Assembly (NCBI GenBank): GCA_965655095.1
Contig: OZ296649.1
Span: 131,564,001-131,628,000, forward strand
DNA: 64,000 nucleotides
Reading direction: 5' to 3'
Source: Haplodiscus bocki
Lineage: Eukaryota
In this document: in pieces, positions 24,752 through 38,361 of the stretch
Numbering within the stretch: position 1 is the first letter of the stretch
Layout: each line of letters begins with the position of its first letter
Position numbers and translations under genes: made by a program
Notes under the pieces: generated by a model
Seen by the model: only the letters and a program-made list of their open reading frames with translations
The model's database searches: none
Told to the model about the DNA's origin: nothing

Positions 24752-26779
24752 GTTAGTTCTGTTTTTATTGACGGTTTTCCCTGTCAAATTACAACAGCCA
24801 GATCTTTCAATTTTAGGCTTGGAATATATCTGAGTGGTTCAAAAATTCGAAGAACTGATTAGTTTTGTTTTCCAGGTTTTCCATTAATATGGCTGAGCTG
24901 AAATCTGATCGGTTGTTTTCCGAATGCTACGAGAACAGTTCTGTCAATAGTGCAGGAATTGGCTGAAAAAAGCCTTTTGGTTTAATATTCTAATGTTGTG
25001 CGAAAAAGTATTTGAAAGAAAATGCCTCTTTTCAAAAATAATCAAGCTTCTGGATAAATCTCAGGTTTGCAGTGGTATGGGGAACTTTCATGCTTGAGAC
25101 AAATGCTCTAAAATTCTCCGCAAACTACTTGAAGTTGTCGGCAGTTGTGCCAGAAAAATGAAACCTTGATTTGTTGCATTAAAAGCCACAGGAGAAAATA
25201 AGATGTCATCTAAAAACCTGAACTTTCACCAAAAAAACGTTTTTCTATAGATTTCTCTGGAAACGTTTCTTTGTCATTTTCTTGCCGCTTTTAAATGCAT
25301 TTTGACTGAAAGGAAGTGTATTGGCAACCAGCTTATGCTTAATTTTTTTATCCTGTCCAAAACAGGCATTTTGTGACCATCATAGAGTCTAGCGCTTTCG
25401 TAAAAACGATCAAAAACGACTTTTTTGAGACATTTGGCAGGTAGTTATTCATTTTCGCGTGATAAAAACTGCCAATTTTGTGAACATAAGGTCTGAAGAA
25501 GTGAACAACAGGTCCTAAAAAGTCATATGTTGCATGTCCATGTCTTCAATGTCTTGAATATGAAACACTGTTTGTCGTATATTGTTCATTTCCGCGTTGT
25601 TTACTGTTCAAATCTTAAACATTGGGCTGCAAAACGACGATTCTTGAAAGACATGTTGGAAGATTAAATGTTTGAGTATGGGGCACTGTGACAGGTACTT
25701 GTTTCAATTCGACTTTTCCGAACAAACTGTTTACTGACTGCCGATGCAGTATTTCTCAAAGTGGCAATCACAGCTCCAATCATGGTTCCAAATGTCCCTC
25801 AGGATCTTTGACGGGTACGGTAAAAAGTTAGAATGTGTTGCGAAGTTCGGCCTCGGCTCTGTGTCAAAAATATCTCCGGGGCTCGAATACCTTAACTTTT
25901 GGGCCCTCTACTGACTGAGCTATCAACTTCCGAAGTTGTAAATTTCATTTTGGATCAAACTAACATCAAAAATTTGTTGAATATCATAGCACCCATATTG
26001 GCGCGCGTTTTACAAAAAACAGCTTCGCTTCTATTACAATAGTAAGTGAGTCATAAATTTTTCCAAAAAGTGCTTCAAAACCTTAATTATACTAAATAAC
26101 AAATTTTCTATTGTCCTCGCTGTCTATATGTCCTGCAGAGTGGTAGGGGGATGACTGTTGCATGACTTTCTGACAAGGCTTTTCCTCTCAAATTTGAAGA
26201 ATCCAGCTTCTTTTACTGTCGTCTTTCGCTAAGTGTTCCCGAATAATTACTGGTTGGAGTGGGTTTTTTTCTCCGACTAGGCTACGTTATTCGTCGAAAG
26301 TCATCTCGATGACTGATGTGTAGGTGCCGGTTTCTGCAGGTGGATCCAGCAGAAGTTATGTTTTATTTACCAACAGGGTTTCTTCTGTCAGTTTCTGAAT
26401 GAACAGTACTTTGAATTTGGAAAACTTGATGTCTTTCTCTGGTTATCGTGCAACCATTACATCGCATACGTTTCGATAACTGTCAACAGAAAGCCCTTCT
26501 TATGCGGCAAGTGTTTGCGAAGCTTAATTTCGTCTCTGTGTCACACTGGCAATGAGCAAGTGACTTGGAATCGGGATAAGCTGAAATTTTTCCGATCTTA
26601 TTTAACTGCAAATTTTGTGCTGTTCCGGCTGTGTTGCTACAGTACAGAGTTTGTTCATGCCGCGCTGTTTAGTTTGTTTGTTTTCAATGTATTCCATATC
26701 AGGGGATGTTCCCAACTGTTTGACTGCTGGTAATGAATTATATTACGAAAAACGCTAATTGTTGCTAAAAAATGATAAT

Positions 26780-28260
26780 CTCCTTCGCGTTGTTCATTAA
26801 AAGTGTTTTTGTTAGTGACTAGTGGTCCGCTTGGCTCTGGGTTCTGCTTGTTCAATTCTTCATGGACAAGAAGTTCTCCAGGTTGGCTTGGGATGTTTTC
26901 TTTGTATTTTTGCGGAAGTCTGAACTTGTTTTCGAAAAAATGAAAATGTTTTTTTCTCGCGATGTTCGTTGGAACGGTGTTACAATTATGATTGCTGGGA
27001 TTGGGTCCATCTTTCAGTCAAGCCATTACTCGTGGCCTGGGAAGCCTGCGGTATAGCGTGGATGACCCTTTGTGGAATTTAATTGCAAAAATATTCTAAT
27101 TTGTATTTGAAAACTCGTTGATCATTTTACTTTCATCGGTCGTTTAAATTGTTTTTCTCAGTCGCTAGTGGTCTGAATGGGTCCAGTTTCTGCTGTTTCA
27201 ACTGCTCAGCGCCGATAGGTTGTGTGGAATCGCTTGGATGGTGCTTTTTAACTTCTTGCAAAAAATGGTTTTTTGTATTTTAGAAATCGATTTCCTATTT
27301 TTGCCCTGTTTTTCAAAACTTTTTCTTTACAGCTAGTATCTGTTATCAGCCTACCTGAAGTTTGCGTTAATTATTTTTTTTAATTTATGGTTAATTTAAT
27401 TTTTTTCAATTATAGTCTTTTTGAGGTTTGCTGCAAAAGAATTCAGCTTATAATTTGAATGGTCTGTTTTGTTTTCGTTTTTGTTAAAATGATCCTCTTG
27501 ATGACTAGTAACGCGATTGGCTCCATCCAGCGTTGATCTCTGGCCTAGCTTATCTGGGAAGTTGCATGGATCTCCTTTTTTTTATTTTTCATTGAATCGA
27601 AAAACCAATGATGCGTTTACTTTTAATCGATGAAAATGTTTTTGTCAGTAACTACTGGTCGTATTAGGTCCTTATGGTGCTGTTCCAATTGATTGCATCC
27701 TGCAGTTTCTGTAGAGTAGCTTGATACGCCCAGATTTGATTTTTTTTATTGCGAAAAATCTCGACCTTGAATTAATAGCAATCGGAGATGCTTTTACTTT
27801 CGTTGGTAATTTTATTCCTTCCGTTTTCTATTGGTCTGATTGGCTCCATCCAGAAGCGTTTGAACTTCTAGCGGCCCAGAATGTTTGTGAAGTACCCGGC
27901 GGAATGTTTTGGTTTTTGTTGCTAATTAGTTTGGCGTGTCATTGAAACTCGGAGATATTTTTACTTTTGTTCTCTAAAAAAGTTTTTCGTCCTTGATTAG
28001 TTGTTATCGGATTGACTCCGTCTAGTGCTTATTGACCTATCTTCATCCTAAAGTGACCGGTAGGGTCTATTTTGCTATTTTTTTGGTGACGTCTAGACTT
28101 TCAATTGAAGATCTTAAGTGCTTTCGTTTTCTTTTTTCAAAATCTTTTTCTCAATGGTATGTCTAATTGACTCGATCCAGCGCTGGTTCAACGATTTGTG
28201 GGCTATATTTTCTGTGGAGTGGCTTGGTGGAATTGAGTGGAATTTAATCGACCACTGTCG
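26780..28260. repeat. Old, highly diverged ~170-bp tandem repeat (~9 units)
   Basis: A ctagtggtc..attggctccatc-like anchor recurs at 26831, 27001, 27177, 27346, 27517, 27664, 27840, 28012 and 28167. Spacings are 170, 176, 169, 171, 147, 176, 172 and 155 bp, and most anchors are preceded by a ttttacttt...aaa.tgttttt tract. Confidence 0.65.
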
Positions 28261-28753
28261 AAGAATCGAGTTCAAGTCCGAGTTTTTTTTGCGATAATCG
28301 GTTTGGCAAGTGTTTGGGAAGCGCAGCTCCGCCTCTGTAATACTTTGTTTTAGTTCAACCATTGAATTAAACACTTTTTGACATTGTATTTTCACACCTA
28401 TCTGCCATATAAAAGAAAAAACCTTGTTGATAAATTTTTTGACCGGAATCTTTTTCTCAATGGTTTGTCTAATTGACTCGATCCAGCGCTGGTTCAACGA
28501 TTTGTGGGCTATATTTTCTGTGGAGTGGCTTGGTGGAATTGAGTGGAATTAATCGACCACTGTCGAAGAATCGAGTTCAAGTCCGAGTTTTTTTTGCGAT
28601 AATCGGTTTGGCAAGTGTTTGGGAAGCGCAGCTCCGCCTCTGTAATACTTTGTTTTAGTTCAACCATTGAGTTAAATACTTTTTGACATTGTATTTTCAC
28701 ACCTATCTGCCTTATAAAAGAAAAAACCTTGTTGATAAATTTTTTGACCGGAA
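28141..28753. repeat. Recent direct tandem duplication, 2 x ~306 bp
   Basis: aatctttttctcaatgg... begins at 28141 and 28447, and both copies end ...ttttgaccggaa. The copies differ at only a handful of positions. Confidence 0.95.
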
Positions 28754-29388
28754 AAAGGAATTGTTGCATGGAGATGATAATTCCTGACGAATTGCTTTCT
28801 CTTCTAAGATGTTTAAGGCAACCGTAGCCGAGCCTCTTTAGTTGTTAACAAAAGTTGTCAGTCGAAAACTTCTGTTCGAAGGTAATATCTCTGTCTACTT
28901 GACAGAACATTCTTATTATTGCAGAAATGTTAACAAGACTCTTATCTACTACATACTAGTTTTGGTTGCGTTCAGAAAATTTTCTGATCGTTTTTTCGAT
29001 CTTCTGCATAAACTTTCTAGGTCCTTAGCTTTATATGAAATTCATGAGGCATCGAAGTTCGAATTAAATGGTGTTTGCACGTTCTCTTTGCTTTTTTTCA
29101 GAAGCTAGGCCCTTAGTGCCTGTGTTTTTACACATTCTGATTTTTCATTTTTAAAAATTTAAAGCTACCCTTACGATTATCTTTTGACCCTTACAGGTGG
29201 CTCGGTTTTGGGTCGCTCCCTGGTGATTGGGTTTTGCCCTGGTATTGTTCCTCTTGGGATTCAACCAATTTTACTTTTCAGACGCTATATTTTTTGACGA
29301 TGTGAAATTTTCAAACTCTCAAGTTATGTCACATTCACGTTTTCGCAATTGTGAAAACAAGAAAAAAGATGTTTTAATTCGTTTTCAG

Positions 29389-29550
29389 CTCAATCGTTGG
29401 CGCATGATTTGCCGAAAGTGGAGTTCAATTCGGCGTCAATGGAGAGCACAACAGATGAGAACGAGGCTCGCAAAGTGCACTTGCCCCTGCACAAACAGTA
29501 CTCGCACCGAAACGAAACTAAAAGCAAATCTGACCAGAACAGGTTGTCAG
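29389..29550 (+). CDS. Probable internal exon, in frame with the previous exon
   Basis: Acceptor gttttcag at 29388 and donor cag|gtatgt at 29551; phase 1 on both sides. Reads SQSLAHDLPKVEFNSASMESTTDENEARKVHLPLHKQYSHRNETKSKSDQNRLS. Confidence 0.7.
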
Positions 29551-31442
29551 GTATGTATATTATCATTGCTATTTCTATTACCTAACTTTCATCTAACTTT
29601 TGCATTACAATTTAAACGTTATTTCCTCTGTCTCCATGTAATTTTATCTACTGTCAAAATCCTCAAGTATCGATCATTTATTTCAAATTCTTTCCTTTCG
29701 ATTGTTTTGATCGAACGACTTTCCTCCGAACAACTTAATTATGTTAGTAGACAAAACGTCATTGCAACATTCAAATGTTGTCGACATTTTGCCGTTTAAT
29801 GTCTTTCATTTGGAGCGAAACTTTGGTTCTGACACCAAAACGGAACTCAGGTTATAAGTACATAGACCTCAATGTTGGGATAACTCTTTAACGAGGGCGG
29901 ACTTTTGCCTAAGTTTTCCTATTGTTTGTTTCACTTTTAGGTTGATCTGTGAGAGTTTATTTTTCGTATTATTTTAGGTTCAACTTCTGTTTATTGAGAT
30001 TGAGTATAGTGAATTGAAGAAATTTAAGTTGGCCCCGTTGTGTCGTCGCAGAAAATGCACTTTACTTAATAATGTTCATTTTCCCAACACTTTTTTGTCA
30101 ATTCCACTCCTCAAATTATCTTGTTATTTTGAATTGGCAACAGATTTCATGCAAAATAATCATAGTTAGGGTTAGGGCCTTTTAGTTTTTTTGTCTAAAA
30201 AGTATCAAAATTGGGGAAAATGCCATAAAACCAACTAATGCGCAATATTTTTGCTTTGCTTTTCTAGTCGGCGTTTCGTAGAAAATGAAATGCCCGGTTA
30301 TAACAATAGCTTTTTTGTGGCTTTTAACTGCTGAATGACCCATTTGTTCTTTACCAAAGATGGTTTCTAGTTGATAATTTCGTGGAGAAGAGAAAAGGAC
30401 AAAAGATTGAAGACATACGCACTTTTCCGGTCCAAATTTAACATGAATAACATTTTCGATAGACAAACGAACTGCTTTCCCATTTCAAAATTTTTAATGG
30501 ACTTTTCGGTCCAATTTTTTGTGATATCCTTTTCACGCATGAGCCAAAGTCTTTCAAAAGCGCCCAGAAACAGAAATTTTTATGATACCTTGAATAAACA
30601 CACCCAAAAAGTTTTTTTAATGAGCGGGTTTTTGAGGCTTGCGAGCAACATTTGCTTTGAGCATTTCCGGCTTGTATCTGTTTTGTATCTTAGAAATCAT
30701 TGAAGCCTTTGACGACGAGCAAATAATAACTGTCACTATTTCTGGATGAAAGTTGAGGGCGCTTTTAGAAGCTTTGAAAATCGCACTTCCGAGAGAAGGG
30801 AATTCTTTGGCCACTTTAAACTTTGCTAATAACATGATTTTTTTTCAAAAAAAATTTATGGAAAAATCAAAAGTCGATATTTTCCGGGCAAGCATAAATC
30901 GAGACTGCCTATGCATACAAGTTCTGTTTTATGGTTTTAGTAGGAATATGCAACATGTTTCGAGTGCCGCTCGAAAAAACCAGGATAAAGATTGCACATG
31001 GGGAACTTTTGAGGCGGAGAAAAACTGTTTAAGTTGGCAAATCGTGACTTAATGGTTTCAATATTTGCAAGATGTTGTAGGTATGACCTTTTTCCGGAAC
31101 GATGGTTTGGTAACATCTCCATTCGATTCAAACTAAATTAATTGTTACCAAGTATAGTTATCAGCAGCTGCTCATTTCTTTCTATGATGCCTCCAGAAGA
31201 ACAGCAATGGAAACAAAATTAATCAAAATTAATTTTGTTGCTATAAGTCCAGGTTACAATTAGGTTGAAATACCGAATCGTTCCAAAGGATGGAAGAGTT
31301 TTGAAGCTCCCCTTTTTAGTTACCGTTTTAGTAATTATACTAAACAGCCCGACTATTACTGTACTTAGTTTTTTGACGGTAGAACTCATACTGTATATGA
31401 TGTTTCTTTCAACAAATTAAGCCTTTTGTACTGGCATTCACT

Positions 31443-31482
31443 AGATGTGTAGGAGAACCAACAGATGTGTAGGAGAACCAAC
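31443..31482. repeat. Perfect 20-bp tandem duplication
   Basis: agatgtgtaggagaaccaac x2. Confidence 0.95.
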
Positions 31483-32444
31483 ATATAAGGTATATAAAGT
31501 TTCATAACAGCAAAAAAATTCGCTAAGGCAAAAACCACTTTTTTATAAGAAAGTCGACCACCACACCTCTTAAGAATTGGCGCCTTTTTTAAAACCCCTT
31601 ACATAATAGATCTAGATTTTGAAAAAGAAAGTAACAAAATTTGTCGCTGGCAATATATATGGTGCGAAACCGAATCTACAAAATTTTCGGCAATATGGGA
31701 AGGAAATTTTATGTGAAAGAAAATGCGGTTATACGTTTTTTGTCAGAAAACCAAAATTGGACCTCTAGAATATTGTGAGCTTTACGGGTTGCGCTAATTT
31801 GGGTCGTTTTTGACTTTTTGTACCAATGTTTTGATTATTCGGTGTGATATTTTTTTTTCAAACGGTCATTCCTTTGCAACATTGAAAAAATTTGGCTTTA
31901 TTTGAATATGTCATAGTAATGACTCCTATAATTATTACAGTATTTCTTCGAAACAAGTCGCCCTGGGAGAGATCGACCTCGATTAGAAACCGCACATATG
32001 TTCCTTCAAGTTAAGTACAAACCGCCCTCGAATAAAAGCCGGAAAGAAAAAATGATTGCAAATTCAAATTCAACTCACAATGGTTGATGGTAGTATGCTA
32101 ACAAGACGGCCGGCTAGGACCAGCATACTTTTTTGCCCAATTACAAATTTTTTGATCAACTTTTGCAAACAAAAGTTGGACTACTGTTTTGCATCTAGTT
32201 TTCTAAGGTTTTCTACAAACATCACTTCTACCACTGATATCTATATTTTATACAGAAGAGGTTGGGGGGGGGGGGGGGGGTGGGATCACGATTTTCCGTT
32301 GAAAATTTTTTGTCTCACAGTACCGAAAAATTTTGTAGGGAAACCTTTCCTGGTTTCAGAAATATTCTGGTATCGAAAGTTTTCATGCATAAGAAGGGAG
32401 GTAGGTATCACGATTTTTGGTTCTTTTAATAAAGTTGAAAAATT

Positions 32445-32620
32445 AGGTAAAGGCTGGGATTGGAACCCCACTTAGCGCTTCAGAACCCTGTTGTCCTACC
32501 CACTGTGCCATGGGAACAATTGGAATTTCTGACAAAGGTCAGTGAAATCATAAACGTTTATGGCCCGGTAGAGATTCGAACCTGGACCTACTGCTTGAGA
32601 AATCCTAACCCCACTGCTGA
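32445..32620 (-). mobile_element. Two tandem tRNA-derived (SINE-like) segments, not functional tRNAs
   Basis: The minus strand reads TGGCACAGTGG (A box)...GGTTCCAATCCCAGCC (B box) at 32510>32452. A second segment, CCAGGTTCGAATCTCTACCGGGCCA, lies at 32585>32561. No full cloverleaf can be built. Confidence 0.6.
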
Positions 32621-35600
32621 AACTTATTTTTGAATGAATAGTTGGCAAAAATACACTGAAGAAAAATACGACCCTATTGTACTGAATGAATAATTTTTCT
32701 TGCATATTTATGAATGTGCTGCGAAAAGTGATAAAGTGATAATATAGTTCCTTTTCACAAAGTTTCAAACTTAAAACATCACTTTCTTTCTCGGAGCTAT
32801 GTTCAGCGATCATCTCAGATCAGACAAATGGGAACGATTCTAGAGACAGAATAATTCGAAGTCACAAAACACAAAAGTGAAATAAAAGAAATTAGAAACG
32901 CCTGGGCAGCGCTGATTTTGAGCCTATTATTTTCCCTCATACTTCATAAGAATGGAAGGAAAATCAATTTATTCAACATTCAGGTTCTTTACATCATATC
33001 GGCCAATAGCGCAATGAGCGAAATTGCACGCTGAAAAAATCTTGCCAAATTGCTTCAGATATGCTATCGAATCCATCTATTAAAGCAGTATTCCTTAGAA
33101 ATTAATTTTTCTTGCCAAAACTTAGTTTTTTTGAAAAAAAATCCGAATTCTTGTTCAGTTCAATTTTGCACATTTTTCTGACATTTTGTTGCCCGACTAA
33201 CCGTTTTTTAACGTTTCATCATCTCTAATTTGGACGGCGGAAATCATTCCGGAGTTTGCGGGGCGTTTTTTTGCTTCTCAGTTATTTGACATCAAATGAC
33301 TGACTAGAAGTATCTTTACAGAAACCTGTTGCAGGGAAAGGAATATTCCTCGCTTGATTTGAAAGGAGAAATATTTGTTCTTGTGGAAATGTTACAATTT
33401 TCTCGCAGGGATTTTGTTGACCGCATGGAATCAACGCTAGAAATGTATTAATCTTTCGAAATCCCTGTCAGAAGAATACTAATCTTGGAAGTCACTGAAA
33501 TGTATCAGCGAAAAATCGAGTTTAGATTTTGAATCCCTATCTACACTGAAATGCAATGTCTACATAATTCTTCCGAACGTACCTAGGCAGTGGTGCTGGT
33601 ATTAACGTCAGTGGATTACACTAATTGGAAGGTTCTTTATGATTTTGTGTGGAGCATTTCCAAGGTGTTTTCTCCATTTAACTTACCGGTCTCAAGGCCG
33701 TGTATTCAATTTGAAAACATCAGAGACATTTTCCCAACAAGGTAGATTATAATGAGACTGACAGCTGACATAAATTGTATTATGCTCTATCTTCCAACGC
33801 TCTCATGATAGCTATGATTCAATTTCCTGTTTAGCACTATTCATCCGTTATTTACGTTCTGCTACTTTGGTTCTTGTCTTTTTTCTCGCGACTTGAATTA
33901 TTTTCGATAAAAATACCTGTATTCTGAGTCCAATCTACCCACCGCAGCAGTGCTATCCCAGTAAAAAATGTTTGAAGTTATTTTCAAGTTTTGAAACGTT
34001 TAATTTTCAAAATCCACGTTCAATTTAGAAAACAAAGATTCAAAAGTTCGCCTTTTGCACATTGCACTTGGTCGTCGCCAGCAAGCGGAAGGAAGGAAAA
34101 GTACATATCACGGTTTGAGCCAAATTACAGCAAATGTGCTCTAGACTGCGTCTAAAATAGTACTATTTCCTCAAAACGCATTTTTGCGACCAAAAGATAG
34201 TTTTTTTGGAAAAATTCTCAATTTTTACGAAAAATATTCAAATCTGGAAAAAGCAAGTTTGTTGTAAAATGCGCATGCAAGGCTAATAATTCTATATAAT
34301 CCCTTTCTAGACCGAAATTGCGGGTTTTTAGAGAATTTTTTCAACTCAGAAAAAACTTAATTTTGCTGTAGAATGCCTTTTTTTTCATCTAACCAAAGGT
34401 AGGTGGCGGAAAGTGTCCCGGTGGTAGCCGGGCGTAATGTATATGATCAAGCTGTGAACGACTCAAGTAGGCGCCTTCCGGAAGATTGAAAAATATACCT
34501 GGGGGATCCTGTGAACTGTGAAGGCTTAAAACGTTTTTTTTTTGGTGGCAAAATAAAAACAGTTGTAATAGTCGGGCTGTTCTCTCGAAAAGAGCTGACA
34601 AAAATTGGCCGTCAAATCAGAAAGAAAAACTTACAACTTAATTCCGTCATTTAAACAACTTGACTTCGTTCATCACTCCAGTTAGGCAAAAACTATGCAT
34701 AGGAAAAACTTTTCTAATGCTCATAGCTATTTGCCGAAGCACAAACGACTAATGACCAGTTTTTGTCCATCCAAAACTCAATTACTCTGTAGACTGAGTT
34801 TCTTTGTGGCAACTGGTATTAAGTTCAAAGTTCTCTATTTTGTCGTTTGAAATTTTCGATTTCTTTTCAATGGCAGCTTGAATGTTGCATTATTTTGCTT
34901 GTATGGCAGTATTTTTAGTCTGTCGATCTTTTGAAAAGATATTACAGTATCTAATATTATAATACAAAATATTACAAAGTTTTACAACCGCGCAGACCAC
35001 CAACTGTTCAGACTGAATTACTTTGACGTTCAAAGGTCTCATCGGACTGAATGTTGAATTTAGAAAAAAAATGATGAGTGATCCCCCTTTTGCTATACCG
35101 AACTTTTTTTGAAAAGCAAAAACGCTTCCTTACGATATGTTTCGGCTCTGCGAGGCCAATTGTTTCGAACTGAAAATCATGGTACCACTTTTAGTTTCCT
35201 TATCTATTTTTGTTTGGTATGCCAATGGCAAAGATTTTCGAACGCGAATTTCAAAAGAATACATAACAGCAAAGCAGCTGTTGGTGGGTCGGAAGATCTT
35301 GTTTTCCTATTCCATCCAGACTTATCAGAAATAGGGTTAGTTATTCATTTGATACATCCCAGCCATTCTATAGCTTATAAAAATTAACTCTTTTTCCCGT
35401 CGACACGTTTCCGGCTTTTTACTGTTTCTTGAGCTCCGGATTCTCAAAAATTATTCTTAAAAATTATTCTTAATAATTTAGTTTGGCAAGTGTTTATGAG
35501 AGTTTCGAAGCTTTGATTTTTGACAAATTCAAAATTGTTCTTATGCATTGAATTCTATCCCAGACTTGTTAACCTTTGTCCTGGTTGAGTCGGTGAAGTG

Positions 35601-38264
35601 GATATTGTCAGTATTATGATTAGTTCTATCGCATGTGGATAATAGTTTTTGATCAGGTGTGCAGGTCTAAGTTAGCGAGGTTGCTAATCAGGTCTGCATG
35701 TCTTTAGAAAGAAGAATAAATCCGGAAGTGTTTTCTGAATTGGTGGTTAATAAAGATTAGTGCTATCGAGGTGCCTATAAAACATTCAATTGTTCGCCTT
35801 CTTTAACAATCAGCACTTTTATTCGGGTCTATTGCTCTTTTTGATTTTCTCATTAGGGAACGGTGATGCTGCCTTTGTGAATTTAATGACCCTTTGATCA
35901 AGAAAAAACGGCGAAGTTTAGACTTGGAAAGAGTCGTTGAATAGTCTGAAAGATGTAGTAAATGCGATTTTGCCGGCTATTGTTCATATCAAGGTGGTGA
36001 CTAGCCTAGAGGTGTCTCGACGGAGCTATTGAAATTCCAAAAGTCCTGCCTGAACTGACTTGACTTTGTCCCCCCCCCTTGAAGTTGAAATAAAATTTAT
36101 TAATGCAGAAGAGGTCGGCACCGCTGATTTTCCCCTACTGATTTCATTCAATTAAGCATTGATTGCATTAACTGTCTTTTTTTGTCCTGCCCCGACACGC
36201 AGAAAGTCAACGCCGTGAATAAGTCGACGGCGCAATATTTTATCGAGTCTCCGGGGAGATTCTTTATCTGCCTGTGTCTGTGTCGAAAGCCCACCCGGCT
36301 GGTCGTACCTAACTACCCTCACTCCCTCATGCGGCCCGGTCCGATCGACCGAGCAATAGTGGTCTTGCTGCTCGGCCATGTTGAAGCGCAGGACATTGCA
36401 AAGTGAGATAACCGGAGTATACTATAGGTAGGAGCCAACAGAGGCGCAAAAGAAATGAAACAAATGTGTCATAGTCTTTATTACTTACAGTTGAGATTCT
36501 TTTCCTGAAATGAAATGTCGCCACGGCAGCCATTTGCATATTGTTGCTTTGTGAGCTGAACTGGAAAAACTTTGGTGCTTCTTTGTGATTATGCTCGCAA
36601 AGTTTTGTTGAAGAGCTGGGAGAAGCTGGCTTTGGCTCAGATTATGTAACAGAGGAAAGAAACTAAAGAAAAGAAGTTTTTTATTCATCAGCATGATCGC
36701 CAGCTTCAATTCAATTCCGGCCGCCGGATTCAATTCTCAATTCAGTTCCCGGGCTTAGGAGGCAACGTCTTCTCATTTTGTTTTCAGTTTTCCACACCAT
36801 TCACTTAGATGGTAATATATCTCAATCTTCCCCGTCTTCTAAATTTTGTTACACTCCCTTTGTGAGTTGACTGGAGTAAAATCAAACAGAAACCGATTAA
36901 AACGTGCAACATTGGCTGCCTATGTCGCTGCTGATGCACAATAATGCGCGTCACTGGACCAGATAGCAGATTTTTCACAGTTGGATTCGTCACAATGACT
37001 TTTTTCGCTTAATTTTATGCTTATGTTTTCTGTAAATACCACGAGCAATTTTAATAAAATCCACAAATACAAAACGTTCTAATCTAATTGCAAGCCATCC
37101 GTCAAATTCATCTGCTTACTTGCATAATTTGACATCCTATCTTTCGCCTCTTCTTGTGCCTATTAAAAGCATTAATTCCCTCGGTTGCGCTAGCTCTTCC
37201 GATCAATATATAAATCCTTACCTCTGATCTGCTTGTTCTTGGATTGCGAAACTTTTACATCAACATTGGCTTTTTATTTCATTACTTCTTGTTTAAAGTT
37301 GTTTGGCATTTAAATCTTTGATTTTCTCACATGGAAAGTGTTTCTTGAATCAACTCAACGCCAAAACTTAATTCATGGCCTGAATAAGAAATGAAGTTGT
37401 ATGAATTTTATGCATGCCTAATGTGGAAACATTGTCCATTTTCCACCTGACGAGTTTCGTGTTCTTCATTGGGATTGGTCATGTCGTTTTTAACAAGTAA
37501 CGACAGTCCAAAGGGCATAAGCACAATCCGGAGTTATAGAAGGGAGTGGTAGCCGACTGCCAGAATTGCTAGCATGAGACGGATGAATTTTTTTTGAACA
37601 AACCCAAAATTTTTCATGATCCCGGTTTTTCAACTATTTTTTTGTAATATTTCCGTTGGGTATTATGGCTATTCCATAGGCGTTTGTTGTTGAACCATGT
37701 GCCGAATTGCTGCTTCTTGTGGCCCAGCAACTGCCACCAATCGTCAATTTCAGGAAATTTCGAAAAAAAAATGTCAATGGTTCAAAGGGGAAATTCGATC
37801 GATCATTCATAATTCTGTGCGAGCTCCTATGAGCCTCTTATCTATTTTCTGAAAGTTTTCAGCTACATACAAATTATTTGGGTTTATATATTTTTTGCTG
37901 TTTTGTTAAATACTTCGAGAAGTTGCATATTATCTTCAAACAAAAGCCAGCGACGACTATGAGCTGCGCTCGATTTGCTTCCTTTTAAAGGCTGGGGTCC
38001 AGCCGCTTAGCAAATGCTTTTTTCATTTTGTTTGCAATCGGATCAAATTTCACCTTTTCCCTGCTATAGATAATTAACAGTTCAGAATTTTCTGGTACTT
38101 ACTTTTTTTTTGAAAAGATTCGCTGTATGTGAAGGGAATATAACGAGAGTTTTTTTTGGTTTCCGCAATGTTTCCGCAAAGTCTCGAAAATTTTCGTGTA
38201 TGAGGGAAGCGGATTGTTTGACGAGATAATTCGGTGTTGTGATATTGGAATTTTTTCTGATGTA

Positions 38265-38361
38265 CCGAATTTCTTCGAATATAAGCCGCCCTCCAATACA
38301 AGTCGAGAAAATACCTCGGAAATAAACTTGAAAACCTCAGCTTTTATTCGAAGAAATACTC
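38265..38361. mobile_element. Small pogo/Tc1-mariner-like MITE with TA flanks
   Basis: ta|ccgaatttcttcgaatataagc ... gcttttattcgaagaaatactc|ta forms ~22-bp imperfect TIRs. A related single end, ta|cagtatttcttcgaa, lies at 31938. Confidence 0.65.

Noticed and set aside
29227-29799. 190-aa ORF
   Set aside because: Overlaps the better-supported exon 29389-29550 in a different frame; the remainder is intron-like T-rich sequence.
30165-30177. Telomere-like gttagggttaggg
   Set aside because: Only two units; not enough to call an interstitial telomere.
31441-32198. ctagatg...catctag as element termini
   Set aside because: Only an 8-bp inverted match with no TSD; could be chance.
32445-32620. Functional tRNA genes (also ~51668 and ~54641)
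   Set aside because: A/B boxes are present but stems do not close into a cloverleaf.
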